Positions 1-9,864 are shown, counted from the stretch's first letter. The stretch is 46,614 bases of DNA from Fibrobacteria bacterium (GCA_041746255.1 JBGTHM010000007.1:1-46614), one strand, 5' to 3'. The notes: generated by a model not told the origin, from the letters alone. A program made the numbers and translations.

Positions 1-79
1 CGTTTTTTCGCTCCTTGGCCAAAGCCACGGCACGTTCCTTGTATTTCCCATCAAATGCTCGTCTTTTTGCGTTTTTCAT
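1..79 (-). CDS. IS3-family transposase OrfA, N-terminal fragment
   Basis: Not in the ORF track. Translates MKNAKRRAFDGKYKERAVALAKERKN..., matching the OrfA HTH start pattern (RRxF/Y...K..AV.L). Confidence 0.85.
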   Translation of the reverse strand, partial: MKNAKRRAFDGKYKERAVALAKERKN

Positions 80-115
80 TGGACACCTTTCTCAGGTAAA
101 TCTACCTGAATGTTG

Positions 116-140
116 TGTCCGGTGTCAGGGGGTCAGTTCA
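116..140. repeat. IS3 terminal inverted repeat (IRL)
   Basis: TGAACTG...CCGGACA arms are shared with 46474-46498. Confidence 0.9.
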
Positions 141-219
141 AGCCGACTGGGAGTCGTAACCGCCCTGGTGCTCGAATTGCATCCGGATAGAAAAGGACCG
201 GACTACACAAATGTTCCGG

Positions 220-2748
220 CTAATTGCGGCTGAGCGAGAGCACTTCGCGCAAAGGCCGTTTGGCTTGACGCTTGGCGGCATAAAGTCCGCACAAAGTTCC
301 CACCAGCGCCGAGGCGGCCAAACTCGCTCCCATAATCCCGAAGCTCATGCCCCAGGGGAAATTCCACACAATGCGGTTGATGAAATACACCGCTACCAGA
401 CTCAGACCATATCCGGTCATGCCGGCCAACATGCAAAAGCCGAGATATTGGGCGAACAGCATGCGGGCCAGTCGCCCCTGGGTAACACCCAGAGTACGTA
501 AGAGCAATACGTTGCGCTGCCCGTCAGCCACCATGCCGTTGATGATGACCCCCAGGATGGCAAGGCCGATGATGAGAGCGAAACTGGAGAGAAAAGTGAT
601 CAGCCATTGGAGTTTACCAAGCACTTCGAGAGTTTTGTTCACAACGTCCTGCACGTTAAGCACAGTCACGTTGGGAAATCGCTCCGCCATGATGGTTTGC
701 AGATTTTCCACTTCCTCCATGGGCATTTTCTCCAAAGTGGCTAAAAAGGTTTTCGGCGCGAGGTCCAGTACCCCGGGTTGAAACAACACGAAAAAATTCG
801 GCTGAAAGCTGGCCCAACGTACGCGCCGCATGCTGGTTATTACTCCGTCCACCGATACGCCCTGCACGTCGAAAGTGAGCTTGTCTCCCATCTTCAGCCC
901 GAACCGTTTGGCGAAATCTATTTCCACGCTGATTTCGCCGGTTGGATCGGGCGCATCCAAATCGGCCGGGTCGGTCCATAACCGCCCTTCCACCAATTGC
1001 TCCGCATCCGAAAGTGAATCCCGGAAGCTTAGATTAAACCCGCGGTTGCGAATGCGGCGGCGTTCCTGTTCTTCCATGCCGGAACCCGCTTCCACGACCT
1101 TGCGGAAATCTTCGTCGTTCAACTTCTCCAGGCGGGCCCTTATCATGGGGGACGGAGTGCGCAAGGCGTAGCCCACGCTGTCCAGAAAATCCTTCAGGGG
1201 ATCGAATTGTTCCTCCTGTATGTCGAACAGGAATAACTGTGGCACCACGGTTCCCTCCGGGGATCCCAATTCCTTTTTAATAATGAATTGAAGCTGCGGA
1301 AGCAGGGCGGATGAGAAAGCCACCAAACCCAAGGCGCCGAAGGCCATCAGCGACTTTTCCTTGTTCCACCGGAAACTCCCCAGAATCACTTTGAGACGGT
1401 AATCCGCGCGGGCACGCCACAGCCCAAGCAACCGATATGCGAAAAAGGCCATCAGCGCGAGGCAACCGAACGCCAAGGCCATGCTTCCGATGAACATGGC
1501 GCTAATCTGCCAGGAGCCGCTGGTGATATAACCCAGGCCCAAAAGGTATCCCGTTTGCAAAGCATAAATGGCTAACCGGGTTGGAAGTCCGTTGCCTTTA
1601 TCTTCCGTAGGTTTGATAAGCAGGGCTGGAGAGAGTTGGGCGATACGCCGGAAACTGGAAATACCGAAAATCAAACCGGTGCTGATAGCCAATAACGTAG
1701 CATAGGAGAAAGAGGTCAAAGCCAGACCCATCGGCACTTCAATCCCGAATAGCCTTTGGATGAGGCCCGGCAGTATGCGGCTTAACCCCAAGGCGATTAT
1801 CCCGCCTACCAGCGCCGAGGATAATGCCAAAACCAGGTTCTGCCCGGCGTAGATTAACACCACTTTTCGGGAAGTCAATCCGAGAGTCGCCAAAACCGCT
1901 TGCGTCTTGCGCTCGCCGACCAAGTGGTGGTGGAAGAAGAACGATGCGCCTATGGCGGCCAGAAGCAGCGCCGTCAAGCTCACCATGCGCATGAACGCCG
2001 ACACCATGGTAAAGCTCCGACCCAGACGTGAGTCGGATTGCGAGTGGATGTCGATCTCGATTTCGGGATCCGTTAATACCGCTTCCAGCCGATTCTTTAG
2101 GGCGACGAGATCGGTACCAGGAGGAAACATGTAAAACCGGTAACGAAATATCCGGCTGCCTTTTTGGTCAAGGCCCGAACGTTCAACGTCGGACAGGGGA
2201 ATGAATACCTTACTGCCGAATTCAATGAAACGCAGGCCGCCACCAGGAACTTGGGTGTATTCGTCCCTGACCAGGAAGCGCAGCCCTCCCATATCGACAC
2301 TGTCACCTACGCGGGTATCCAAGCCGAGGATCAATTCGCGCGGAAAAAAGATTTCCCCCGGACGCAGATCACCCACCGGGGTATTACCCTGCAATTCGAA
2401 ACGCCCAATCAGGGGATATTCCGGAGAAATACCTTTTACTTCCACCAGTCGGCTTTTGTCGCCGGCCTTTAGCATGGAAAGAAACCCCCATACCTGAGCT
2501 TGCTGGGTTCCGGCGGGTAACAGAAGCTGCAACGCCGCGTTTTCGGTATCGGTCAGGTTACGGCGCGATTCAATGCGCAGTTCCCCTTCCAACATCTCTT
2601 TGGACTTAAGGGTTAACTCCGCCTGGAATTGCCGGGACAGCGAATCGACGGTCATGTAAATGGCCAAGCCGAGACCGTAAATGAGGATAAAGGCCGGAAT
2701 CAAGGCCTGTTTTCCACGGAGCAGTTTTAAAAACAGGGGTATGCGCAT
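220..2748 (-). CDS. ybbP: ABC transporter permease, YbbP/FtsX-like with two MacB-type halves
   Basis: 842 aa with duplicated TM/periplasmic architecture. Motifs VEVKGISPEYPLIG, LFLFDIQ, MIRARL and RRVRWASFQPNFFVLF are typical of YbbP. Confidence 0.85.
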   Translation of the reverse strand: MRIPLFLKLLRGKQALIPAFILIYGLGLAIYMTVDSLSRQFQAELTLKSKEMLEGELRIESRRNLTDTENAALQLLLPAGTQQAQVWGFLSMLKAGDKSRLVEVKGISPEYPLIGRFELQGNTPVGDLRPGEIFFPRELILGLDTRVGDSVDMGGLRFLVRDEYTQVPGGGLRFIEFGSKVFIPLSDVERSGLDQKGSRIFRYRFYMFPPGTDLVALKNRLEAVLTDPEIEIDIHSQSDSRLGRSFTMVSAFMRMVSLTALLLAAIGASFFFHHHLVGERKTQAVLATLGLTSRKVVLIYAGQNLVLALSSALVGGIIALGLSRILPGLIQRLFGIEVPMGLALTSFSYATLLAISTGLIFGISSFRRIAQLSPALLIKPTEDKGNGLPTRLAIYALQTGYLLGLGYITSGSWQISAMFIGSMALAFGCLALMAFFAYRLLGLWRARADYRLKVILGSFRWNKEKSLMAFGALGLVAFSSALLPQLQFIIKKELGSPEGTVVPQLFLFDIQEEQFDPLKDFLDSVGYALRTPSPMIRARLEKLNDEDFRKVVEAGSGMEEQERRRIRNRGFNLSFRDSLSDAEQLVEGRLWTDPADLDAPDPTGEISVEIDFAKRFGLKMGDKLTFDVQGVSVDGVITSMRRVRWASFQPNFFVLFQPGVLDLAPKTFLATLEKMPMEEVENLQTIMAERFPNVTVLNVQDVVNKTLEVLGKLQWLITFLSSFALIIGLAILGVIINGMVADGQRNVLLLRTLGVTQGRLARMLFAQYLGFCMLAGMTGYGLSLVAVYFINRIVWNFPWGMSFGIMGASLAASALVGTLCGLYAAKRQAKRPLREVLSLSRN

Positions 2749-2798
2749 GGGAGATTATCGAAGGACAGCCGACTGGACGAAGAGGGCCCCGCTCGGCA

Positions 2799-3446
2799 TC
2801 ACGCCAGTCGACCCAGATGGAGTCGAAGGGTTTGATCGCAACGGGCGGACAATTCCTGATTGTGGGTGATGATAAGCGCGGTAAGACCTCTTTCGCGAAT
2901 AAGGGAGAAAATCAAATCTTCCACGCCCGCGGCGGTTTCCTCGTCCAGGCTGCCGGTGGGTTCATCCGCGAACAAGAGCTTGGGGCTGGCGGCCAGCGCT
3001 CGGGCTATGGCTACGCGCTGCTGTTCCCCTCCCGACAGTTGGTGAGGATAGTGATCTTCGCGATGGGATAGCCCCACTCTTTCCAATAATTCATGCGAGC
3101 GCGTGTGCACATGCTTGTCGTGGGTAATTTCCAGCGGTAAGGCCACGTTTTCCAAAGCGGTAAGGGATGGAACCAGATGGTATTCCTGGAAAATGATCCC
3201 CATATACCTGCCACGAGCGCGGGTCAGTTCGTCCGGCGGGAGTGCATATAAATCCAATTCATGAAAACGGACATTGCCGGTATCGGGAGCCTCCAGGCCC
3301 GCCAAAATACTGAGCAGAGTGGTTTTCCCACTTCCGCTTTGTCCCAATACCGCCAAACTTCGGCCTTCTTCGATACCGATATCGAGACTGGAAAGCACAT
3401 GGGTTTGACCGTAGGATTTTGAGAGGCCGGTGGCATTTAACAACAT
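2799..3446 (-). CDS. ybbA: ABC transporter ATP-binding protein, YbbA/LolD-like
   Basis: Walker A GQSGSGKT, signature [25 protein letters not shown]-loop ITHN. Start re-set to the ATG at 3446 ([10 protein letters not shown]). Confidence 0.88.
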   Translation of the reverse strand: MLLNATGLSKSYGQTHVLSSLDIGIEEGRSLAVLGQSGSGKTTLLSILAGLEAPDTGNVRFHELDLYALPPDELTRARGRYMGIIFQEYHLVPSLTALENVALPLEITHDKHVHTRSHELLERVGLSHREDHYPHQLSGGEQQRVAIARALAASPKLLFADEPTGSLDEETAAGVEDLIFSLIRERGLTALIITHNQELSARCDQTLRLHLGRLA

Positions 3447-3526
3447 GGAGGATAATATAAGAAAGAGGGCGACCCGGTAAACCGGATCGCCCTCGATAAT
3501 CAAGCAAATCGCTCAGCTAAGCGAAT

Positions 3527-5098
3527 TTAAACTTGGGAAGTCGCGTGCATCTTAGCCTCGGCGGCCGAACCTTCGGCTGCGAGGTTGACGGCTTTATATC
3601 CACCTCTGGAGCGGAAATAAAGAATGAGTCCCAAAAAGGAAAAGAGCATGATTACCGGAAACATGGCGACCGTGCTCAAAGCATTTTGCTTTCCTTCTTG
3701 TGAGGCAACAGCGATAGCTTCCGCATGTTCCGGAGGAGCTTCCGCCAATTCCGCCGAACCGAGAGCTTTATAGGCGCCAAAGACGCTCATTTTTTCTTCG
3801 GTTAGGTAGGTTTGTGAAAGCTCAGTGCCTTCGCGGGCATCATAGGCCGACAATCCCTTTTGTACGGACTTATCCTGGATAGCTCCCAGGAATACCGATC
3901 CCACGATACCGACACCAAGCATGCCAACACCGCCGATGGTGTTAAGCGTCAAAGCTCCACCACGGGGAAATTGTTCCGCGGTGACACCCAGAATGGTGGG
4001 CCAGAAAAAGGCCTTGCCGAAAGCATAGATGGTGGCGGCAACCAGAATCATGATGCCTGCGGAAGTGGACAGGAAAAACAAGCCTACGGCCGCAACTGCG
4101 GAACTCATGGCCAGCAGCCCCAACGGCGAAAAGCGATGGAGGATGGGTCCTGCGAAAAAGCGCAGTATCATCATGATGGCTGAGGTGTAGATGATGATCC
4201 AACCGGCATGCAATCCGATTTTTTCCATCGGCTTTTCCATCAGCGGGGTAATCCAGCTGTCGGTTCCCAGTTCGGTGGTGGCCAAGGGGATCATGATGAG
4301 CAGGAGAATGATGAACAGGGGACGTCCCAACGATTTGACGTATGCGCCATAAGCGATGGTCGCAGCGGCGATGATGGCAATGTTAAGGAACGTGGGAAAA
4401 CCGAACACGCGTCCGATTTCCAAAGTAATGAGAGAAACGACCAGCAAGGCTCCGATGGCTCCCGCCTCGCCCAGCATGTCCTTAAAGGGCACGCCCGCCG
4501 CCACCCGCTCATTGACCGGAAAGCGCAGAGGAATCATCATGATACCGTATATCACGGTAGGAATGAAAATCAGCGCGACTTTCATCTGCCAGCTATCAAT
4601 GGTGATGGCCAGCAAACCGCCGATTACCAAGCCCGCAGGCCAGCCGGCATGAAGGATGTTGAGCCACTTGGATTTCTCCTTGTGGAACATGGTAGCGACC
4701 ACGGGATTGATTACGGCCTCAACCGTACCGTTGCCGAGCGCCACAATGAAGGTTCCGATATACAACGACCAGTAACCCGTAGCGAAAATGGTGATGACAC
4801 CCGAAGCGATATGGGAGATCAACGCAAACCACATCGCGTTCTTATAGCCGATCTTATCGATGATCAAGCTGAAAAGAACAATGCTTATCGCGAAGGGCCA
4901 GAGGCCGACTCCGAAGATTTCGCCTTGTTGGGTGGCCGTCAAGCCGAATTCGTTACCCCAGGCCCCGATGGAAAATGCGCGGACAATGAAGCCGAAGGAA
5001 GTGGCTACAAGCGCAATAAAACAGCACCAGAAAAGTTTCTTATCACCTTCCGAGTAGGCCGATTGGCCAGCCGGGGAAGAGTCACGAACAGTTGTCAT
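3527..5098 (-). CDS. MFS transporter (probable sugar permease)
   Basis: About 12 hydrophobic helices, MFS motif-A-like IIDKIGYK, GNGTVEAVINP, GGAGG RBS. Confidence 0.85.
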   Translation of the reverse strand: MTTVRDSSPAGQSAYSEGDKKLFWCCFIALVATSFGFIVRAFSIGAWGNEFGLTATQQGEIFGVGLWPFAISIVLFSLIIDKIGYKNAMWFALISHIASGVITIFATGYWSLYIGTFIVALGNGTVEAVINPVVATMFHKEKSKWLNILHAGWPAGLVIGGLLAITIDSWQMKVALIFIPTVIYGIMMIPLRFPVNERVAAGVPFKDMLGEAGAIGALLVVSLITLEIGRVFGFPTFLNIAIIAAATIAYGAYVKSLGRPLFIILLLIMIPLATTELGTDSWITPLMEKPMEKIGLHAGWIIIYTSAIMMILRFFAGPILHRFSPLGLLAMSSAVAAVGLFFLSTSAGIMILVAATIYAFGKAFFWPTILGVTAEQFPRGGALTLNTIGGVGMLGVGIVGSVFLGAIQDKSVQKGLSAYDAREGTELSQTYLTEEKMSVFGAYKALGSAELAEAPPEHAEAIAVASQEGKQNALSTVAMFPVIMLFSFLGLILYFRSRGGYKAVNLAAEGSAAEAKMHATSQV

Positions 5099-5262
5099 TA
5101 GACCTCCGTTTAGGTTGTTGAGGCCAATAATTTAGCGCAAATAGTGGTTCTTATCTATGATAATTTGTGAAACCGACGATTTTTTTCTGAATCGGGTTAC
5201 ACTAAGGTTCAATTTTTCAGAAAAAGGGCGAATTTGATTCAATTTCGAAGGTGCCGCCTAAA

Positions 5263-5913
5263 TTATAGAGATTGTGGCAACACTCCCTTGAGGAAGCGGG
5301 TCAGGTTGGCGGCTATCCGCTTATGACCCTTTTCGTTGGGGTGGATTCCGTCTACAAGATTCATTTCGGGCTCTCCCGCCACCCCTTCCAGTAGAAATTC
5401 CATCAAGGGAATCTGGTGGACTTTCGCCAATTCCGGGAAAATATTTTCAAATGACCGGGCATATTCCTGTCCGTAATTGGGCGGCACCTTTAAACCGGCA
5501 AGATAAACCCGCATGCCCGCTTGCTTGGCCTGCAGGATGACGTTTTCCAGATTTTTGCGGGTTTCCTCGACTTTGACGCCCCTTAACCCATCGTTGGACC
5601 CCAAAGTCAGAACCACGGCATTCGGCTTAGCCCGCTTATACCATTGCAGACGCCGGGGTCCGCTGGCCGATGTACTGCCGCTGGAACCGCCGTTGATGAT
5701 TTCGATGCGTGGATTCCAGCCTTTCAATTCGGCTTCCACAAGCGCGGGGAAAGCCTCTTCAGTTTCAACCCCATAACCCTCGGTAAGGCTATCACCCAAA
5801 ATCAAGATTCGGAAAGGAGCCTTCTCTTTTTCCCCGCTGAAAAGCAGGCCCGCGAAAGCAAGCAGGAATAATGCAGATAGCGATGTGAAAAGTCTGACCG
5901 AAAAATTTTGCAT
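5263..5913 (-). CDS. tesA: Arylesterase / acyl-CoA thioesterase I (SGNH/GDSL hydrolase)
   Basis: GDSLTEGYG, NGGSSG, LGSNDGLRG and DGIHPN blocks, with an N-terminal signal/anchor. Start is probably ATG 5913 (alternative 5937). Confidence 0.88.
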   Translation of the reverse strand: MQNFSVRLFTSLSALFLLAFAGLLFSGEKEKAPFRILILGDSLTEGYGVETEEAFPALVEAELKGWNPRIEIINGGSSGSTSASGPRRLQWYKRAKPNAVVLTLGSNDGLRGVKVEETRKNLENVILQAKQAGMRVYLAGLKVPPNYGQEYARSFENIFPELAKVHQIPLMEFLLEGVAGEPEMNLVDGIHPNEKGHKRIAANLTRFLKGVLPQSL

Positions 5914-5977
5914 CGCCTCGCCTCCCGCTTTACCCATGGCAAAGCTCCTTAAATACAAAAAGCGATCGACAAGGCAA

Positions 5978-7891
5978 TTACTGTCCGTTGGCGGAATCCC
6001 GCGCCCAGGTCCAGGCCAGGGCCCAATAAAAATATTGGGTTCGCGCATTCGCAGGAATGCGATTGGAAACCGGGTTCACGATGATTTCATAGACGCCTCC
6101 CGGAGTCAATTGCGACGAAGCGACATCGACGATTTCGACATTTCCGTCCCAGCTGTAAGAACCGTCGCTCCCGCCATTATGACGCACCGTCAAATCCAAA
6201 TCGCTAAGGGCGTTGACCGATTGGTTAAGGACCGGGTTGCTATCGAACGTGAGTACCACTCGCAGGTGCCGGCCCGCGGGTAAGGGATTGGGCGCCCGCA
6301 CGAAAAACCGTTTATCCGATGTGAAATCGGAAGCGTAGAAAGAGCCGGCATGCATCCCTTCTTCGATGGGAGTGTTATTTGGGGATACCGAGGCATGATT
6401 CCGAGCGAAAGCCATCGCATCCATCCCCGAAATGACACCCGCTCCGTCCCACCCATCCGCCCGGTGACTCCAATGTCCTCCGTGTACATTCGCCGAGGTG
6501 GCGATGAGAACCGCCCGCACCTTTTCGGGCCAATTGACCAAGCGGCTGTCCGAAGCTATCACGGCGGCGGCCACGCCGCCGGCCACCGGCGCGCTATAGC
6601 TGGTACCGCAACCCAGGGTTCCCGAACCTTCGAAACAGGCATCGGAAAAGTTGGCTCCTGAGGAAGATATTCCGGGAGCGACCAAGTGAGGCATTTGCCG
6701 GTCTCCGGGACAATCGTCTCCTTGGCCGGAGAGGCAACTTCCGTAGGTTTTGCGGGGGTTACGCGCCTGCGTGCAGCCGGCCATCTCGAAGCCGGAAACC
6801 GGGATATGACGCACGTTACCTACGCTCAGGGCGTTATACCCTTGCCAGTTTATTTCATATTGGTATCCGTCGTTGCCCGTTCCGGTTACGAAAACCGGGT
6901 AGGGAAAACGGTAAGCGAAGTCGTCCATGACGCGGAACTCTTCGTAGGTGGCCCGGTAGGGGTTGATGCCTCCCCGGGTTTGGCTGAGACTCAAGACCTG
7001 CACCTGGTTGTCGATAATGTATTGGATATCATCGGCCCCATGAAAGTTGAGGCTTCGCCGGTGAAGGAGATTCGCGCCTGGCGCCGAGCGGGCAAGCGCA
7101 AGGAATACCGATTGCGCGTGGCGCAAGGAAACGGGATTTCCGTCCCACCCATCCCATCTCGCCGGAACCACCCCGATGCAATTCAGATAGGTGGAGGTCA
7201 AGCCGGTTTCGAAAGTCGCCGCTCGTACCCCCAATCCGGCATGGGTGGGAACACCGCCCGGAAAATAAGCCGAGCGAGCCAACTCTGCGACGGGCGCGAA
7301 ACCGGATTGCATCGGCTTTTCGGAACGTTCCTCGGTAATGGACGCTACATCGGGATCGAAAGCGATACGCTGCAATTCCTCTTCCGTCATTTCGAATTGC
7401 GCACGGGTGCGGCTCTTCCGCTCGCTGATATTAATCCCGTGGCGGGAGGTGAAGCTCTCCCAACTTACCAGAGGATCGAGGTTCTGCAAGTTGCGGCTGT
7501 GATCGCGAAGTTCACCCAAGGAGTGGCGCGTTTTATCCGGATGACCCACTTCGGGTGAGCGTAAAGTTATTGCGACCCGTACTTTAGGACCACGCGGAGC
7601 AAGTCGAAGGGTTTTCCCCAATCGCGGATCCAACGCTCCCAGCGGTTTTCGATTCCATTTTTCCCGGTCCGCTTGGATAGCTGCGATTTCCCGGCCATGC
7701 CACCTTCTCTGCTGGGATTCAAGCCGCACGGTTCCGGTTTTTTCGTCCAGCACCTTGTGGATCCGAACGATTTTAGGGTCAGAGACCGACGGGAGAGCAA
7801 GATCCATTTCATTGACCTTCGTGGCAAAGGCGCCACCCGCCGCTATTAGAGAAACGAAAGTCGCTAAATTCCGCCCCGTAAAAATTTCCAC
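5978..7891 (-). CDS. Secreted S8 (subtilisin-like) serine peptidase with propeptide and C-terminal beta-sandwich
   Basis: Signal peptide. GLGVRAATFETG (Asp site holds Glu), HAQSV (His), TGNDG (oxyanion Asn), GTSYSAPVAGG (Ser). C-terminal LRVVLTFD...DLDL...NVEIV. AGGAGG RBS before the GTG. Confidence 0.8.
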   Translation of the reverse strand: MEIFTGRNLATFVSLIAAGGAFATKVNEMDLALPSVSDPKIVRIHKVLDEKTGTVRLESQQRRWHGREIAAIQADREKWNRKPLGALDPRLGKTLRLAPRGPKVRVAITLRSPEVGHPDKTRHSLGELRDHSRNLQNLDPLVSWESFTSRHGINISERKSRTRAQFEMTEEELQRIAFDPDVASITEERSEKPMQSGFAPVAELARSAYFPGGVPTHAGLGVRAATFETGLTSTYLNCIGVVPARWDGWDGNPVSLRHAQSVFLALARSAPGANLLHRRSLNFHGADDIQYIIDNQVQVLSLSQTRGGINPYRATYEEFRVMDDFAYRFPYPVFVTGTGNDGYQYEINWQGYNALSVGNVRHIPVSGFEMAGCTQARNPRKTYGSCLSGQGDDCPGDRQMPHLVAPGISSSGANFSDACFEGSGTLGCGTSYSAPVAGGVAAAVIASDSRLVNWPEKVRAVLIATSANVHGGHWSHRADGWDGAGVISGMDAMAFARNHASVSPNNTPIEEGMHAGSFYASDFTSDKRFFVRAPNPLPAGRHLRVVLTFDSNPVLNQSVNALSDLDLTVRHNGGSDGSYSWDGNVEIVDVASSQLTPGGVYEIIVNPVSNRIPANARTQYFYWALAWTWARDSANGQ

Positions 7892-8040
7892 CGAAAGCCT
7901 CCTCGAATCCCGGCTTCCCCGTAAAGTTTCGCCCCTGGCCCGGTGTGGCCAAGAGACATTAAAGCCGCAACGATAAAGCTAACGTCTTTCCGGCACAAGA
8001 GCCAGTGAATTCAACCCGGGTGGAGAAGTCGGGCCGGGAT

Positions 8041-8865
8041 TCAGGGAGTAACGGTTTCCGCCACGTTCCGGCGCATGTAGGTTGCACTGGTATCCGTATC
8101 CAGAATCCGGTCCAGGGAGAACAGCGGTACCGGCGCCGGAGGATTCGTAATGGGCCTTTCAGAATGCAGTGAAACCATCAGGATTTCGTATCGCCCCCGG
8201 GGAAGGCGGGAGAAAGTGAAGCGACCGGCCGTCGCCTCGGCGCGATGGTTGGTGCCGCGTATGAAAAGAGTGTGGCGCAAATAGTTTACGGAGTCGAGCA
8301 TCAGCTCGGGAGGAAAGGTGAGGTTTCCCGAGTAATCGACATATTCGGAAAGAGGAATCCGAACCTTTCCGGAGAACCCTTTGCCTCCGAAAGCGCCGCC
8401 GTCGGGACCACGCTCCGAAAAAACCCCGGTTTTCACATGGTAGGCGAACCTGAAATCAATGCCGCCCAGGCTTTCGCCGGAAACCGTGAGGGAAACCGGT
8501 TCCCATACGGAATCTGGAAAAACGGAGTCTTTGGCCTTGCTCGACGTTGTCAAGGCCTGCGCCAACAGAGCCGCCTCGAGTTTGAAATCGTAGGCATTGG
8601 ATAGGGGGAATTCGGCCAGGGGGAGGGAATCGAAGCCGCTGATAGGAATATGCCGCCCCGAATAGACGCGCAAATTCCCGGTTACCGCTACCGGCACATC
8701 GTTTTGGGTGAAAGATAAGGTGATTTCCGTGGGATTACCCGTTCCCACCGAGCCGCCGGCAACGGTATCGGGTTCGCAGCCTGCAATAAGCAGTGCGCAG
8801 AGCGTAACACCCACTAGGCCCATCAAAGTAGGGAAAGGAGGGAATGGTCGAATCACGCTTTTCAC
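8041..8865 (-). CDS. Hypothetical lipoprotein with possible carboxypeptidase-regulatory-like/Ig fold
   Basis: Lipobox LIAGC followed by AGGSVGTGNP. C-terminal GRFTFSRLPRGRYEI. Lies 6 bp downstream of the TIGR02147 gene. Confidence 0.7.
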   Translation of the reverse strand: MKSVIRPFPPFPTLMGLVGVTLCALLIAGCEPDTVAGGSVGTGNPTEITLSFTQNDVPVAVTGNLRVYSGRHIPISGFDSLPLAEFPLSNAYDFKLEAALLAQALTTSSKAKDSVFPDSVWEPVSLTVSGESLGGIDFRFAYHVKTGVFSERGPDGGAFGGKGFSGKVRIPLSEYVDYSGNLTFPPELMLDSVNYLRHTLFIRGTNHRAEATAGRFTFSRLPRGRYEILMVSLHSERPITNPPAPVPLFSLDRILDTDTSATYMRRNVAETVTP

Positions 8866-8871
8866 CTTTGC

Positions 8872-9711
8872 CTATTTTTCCGACAATTTCGTGTTGGGAT
8901 AAAGCTGCATGCTTAAAGTATAAATACGGTCTGTAGGCTTGATGCGTCCGATAATTTCCTGCAATTCCTCCTGGAAGGCAATGATGCGTTCCAGGAGGAT
9001 GTCGAAACCCTGGGCGGAGGTCGAAAAGACCAAGGTATTGTATTGCCGATGGCTCGGATCCACCTTATCGAGCATATCGCCCGCCATTTGAATGAACTGG
9101 AGATTGTACTGCTTCGCGATGAGGCCTCGGAATTCTTTTTCCGTAGTCATGTGATTGTCGGTAACCGCATATCCGTTGGCCATCTTCTTGATTAACTTCA
9201 ATTCGAGCAGGAGGCTGATGGCCTCCTGTACCTGTTTCGAGCTGATGGGAGGCGAGATTCTCCGCGCGATTTCCACCGGATTACTGAGCGATTGATCCAT
9301 TTCGAAGAAAGTCCAAACCACCGGAAAATACCAACAGGAAAAAAACTTGTATTGGCTTTCGCTGACTATCCGGGCACGGGAACTTCTAAACTGGGAGAGC
9401 TGCAGAAAATAATGGTTCTTTTCCTCCATATCGCGGCTTTGATTGAATTGCACGAGCAATTCGAAATACTGGGCCTCGCGACCCTTGAGATGCATGGCGC
9501 GCACAAACTTCGGCCGCATGGCGGCGCTCAATTTCCGCTTGCGCTTCAAGATGGCATATAGCAATCCCGAGGTGAGCAATGTCGGCGATATGGTACCCGC
9601 GAAAGCCCGCATGGAAAACGAGCCGTCCACTTGCTTCCGCCACGTACAATAATCCTGGATATAATCCCGGTAATCCAGAAAGTTGAATATTTCAGGCCTT
9701 TGTTCGTTCAT
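8872..9711 (-). CDS. TIGR02147-family protein (Fibrobacter paralogous family, DUF4423-like)
   Basis: IFNFLDYRDY...FSMRAFA...YFELLVQFNQ...QYKFFSCWYFPVV...IYTLSMQLYP pattern. Start re-set to ATG 9711. Confidence 0.85.
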   Translation of the reverse strand: MNEQRPEIFNFLDYRDYIQDYCTWRKQVDGSFSMRAFAGTISPTLLTSGLLYAILKRKRKLSAAMRPKFVRAMHLKGREAQYFELLVQFNQSRDMEEKNHYFLQLSQFRSSRARIVSESQYKFFSCWYFPVVWTFFEMDQSLSNPVEIARRISPPISSKQVQEAISLLLELKLIKKMANGYAVTDNHMTTEKEFRGLIAKQYNLQFIQMAGDMLDKVDPSHRQYNTLVFSTSAQGFDILLERIIAFQEELQEIIGRIKPTDRIYTLSMQLYPNTKLSEK

Positions 9712-9864
9712 AACTGTCAAGTATAGCCCTGCCTCCCCCCCTGAGAGTAAGCGAATGTGCAAAGGTACCGCAGAAATATACGCACAATTTGTAAGCAATT
9801 TTGGCGGTTTTTTTCCGGTGAAACCGGTTCTTGTTTACGTGGAAATATTAAAATAGACCAATAC

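Larger units (their letters stand above)
1..140 (-). mobile_element. IS3-family element, left end (truncated by window edge)
   Basis: The minus strand begins 5'-TGAACTGACCCCCTGACACCGGACA (25 bp, 140-116), a typical IS3 5'-TG terminus. It is followed by RBS AAAGGTG and an ATG opening an OrfA-like frame. It matches the terminal repeat at 46474-46498 at 18/25 positions. Confidence 0.9.

Noticed and set aside
141..2776. 10-bp direct repeat AGCCGACTGG at 141-150 and 2767-2776 flanking ybbP
   Set aside because: Too long for an IS3 target duplication and not on both sides of the IS. A single 10-mer match is plausible by chance.
4208..5101. 297-aa plus-strand ORF, and similar long antisense ORFs at 6686-7558, 12114-12791, 14789-15457 and 35911-36699
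   Set aside because: Shadow frames opposite well-supported genes in GC-rich DNA, with no recognisable motifs.
9831..9846. TTGTTTACGTGGAAAT as a second parS site
   Set aside because: Five or more mismatches to the consensus.
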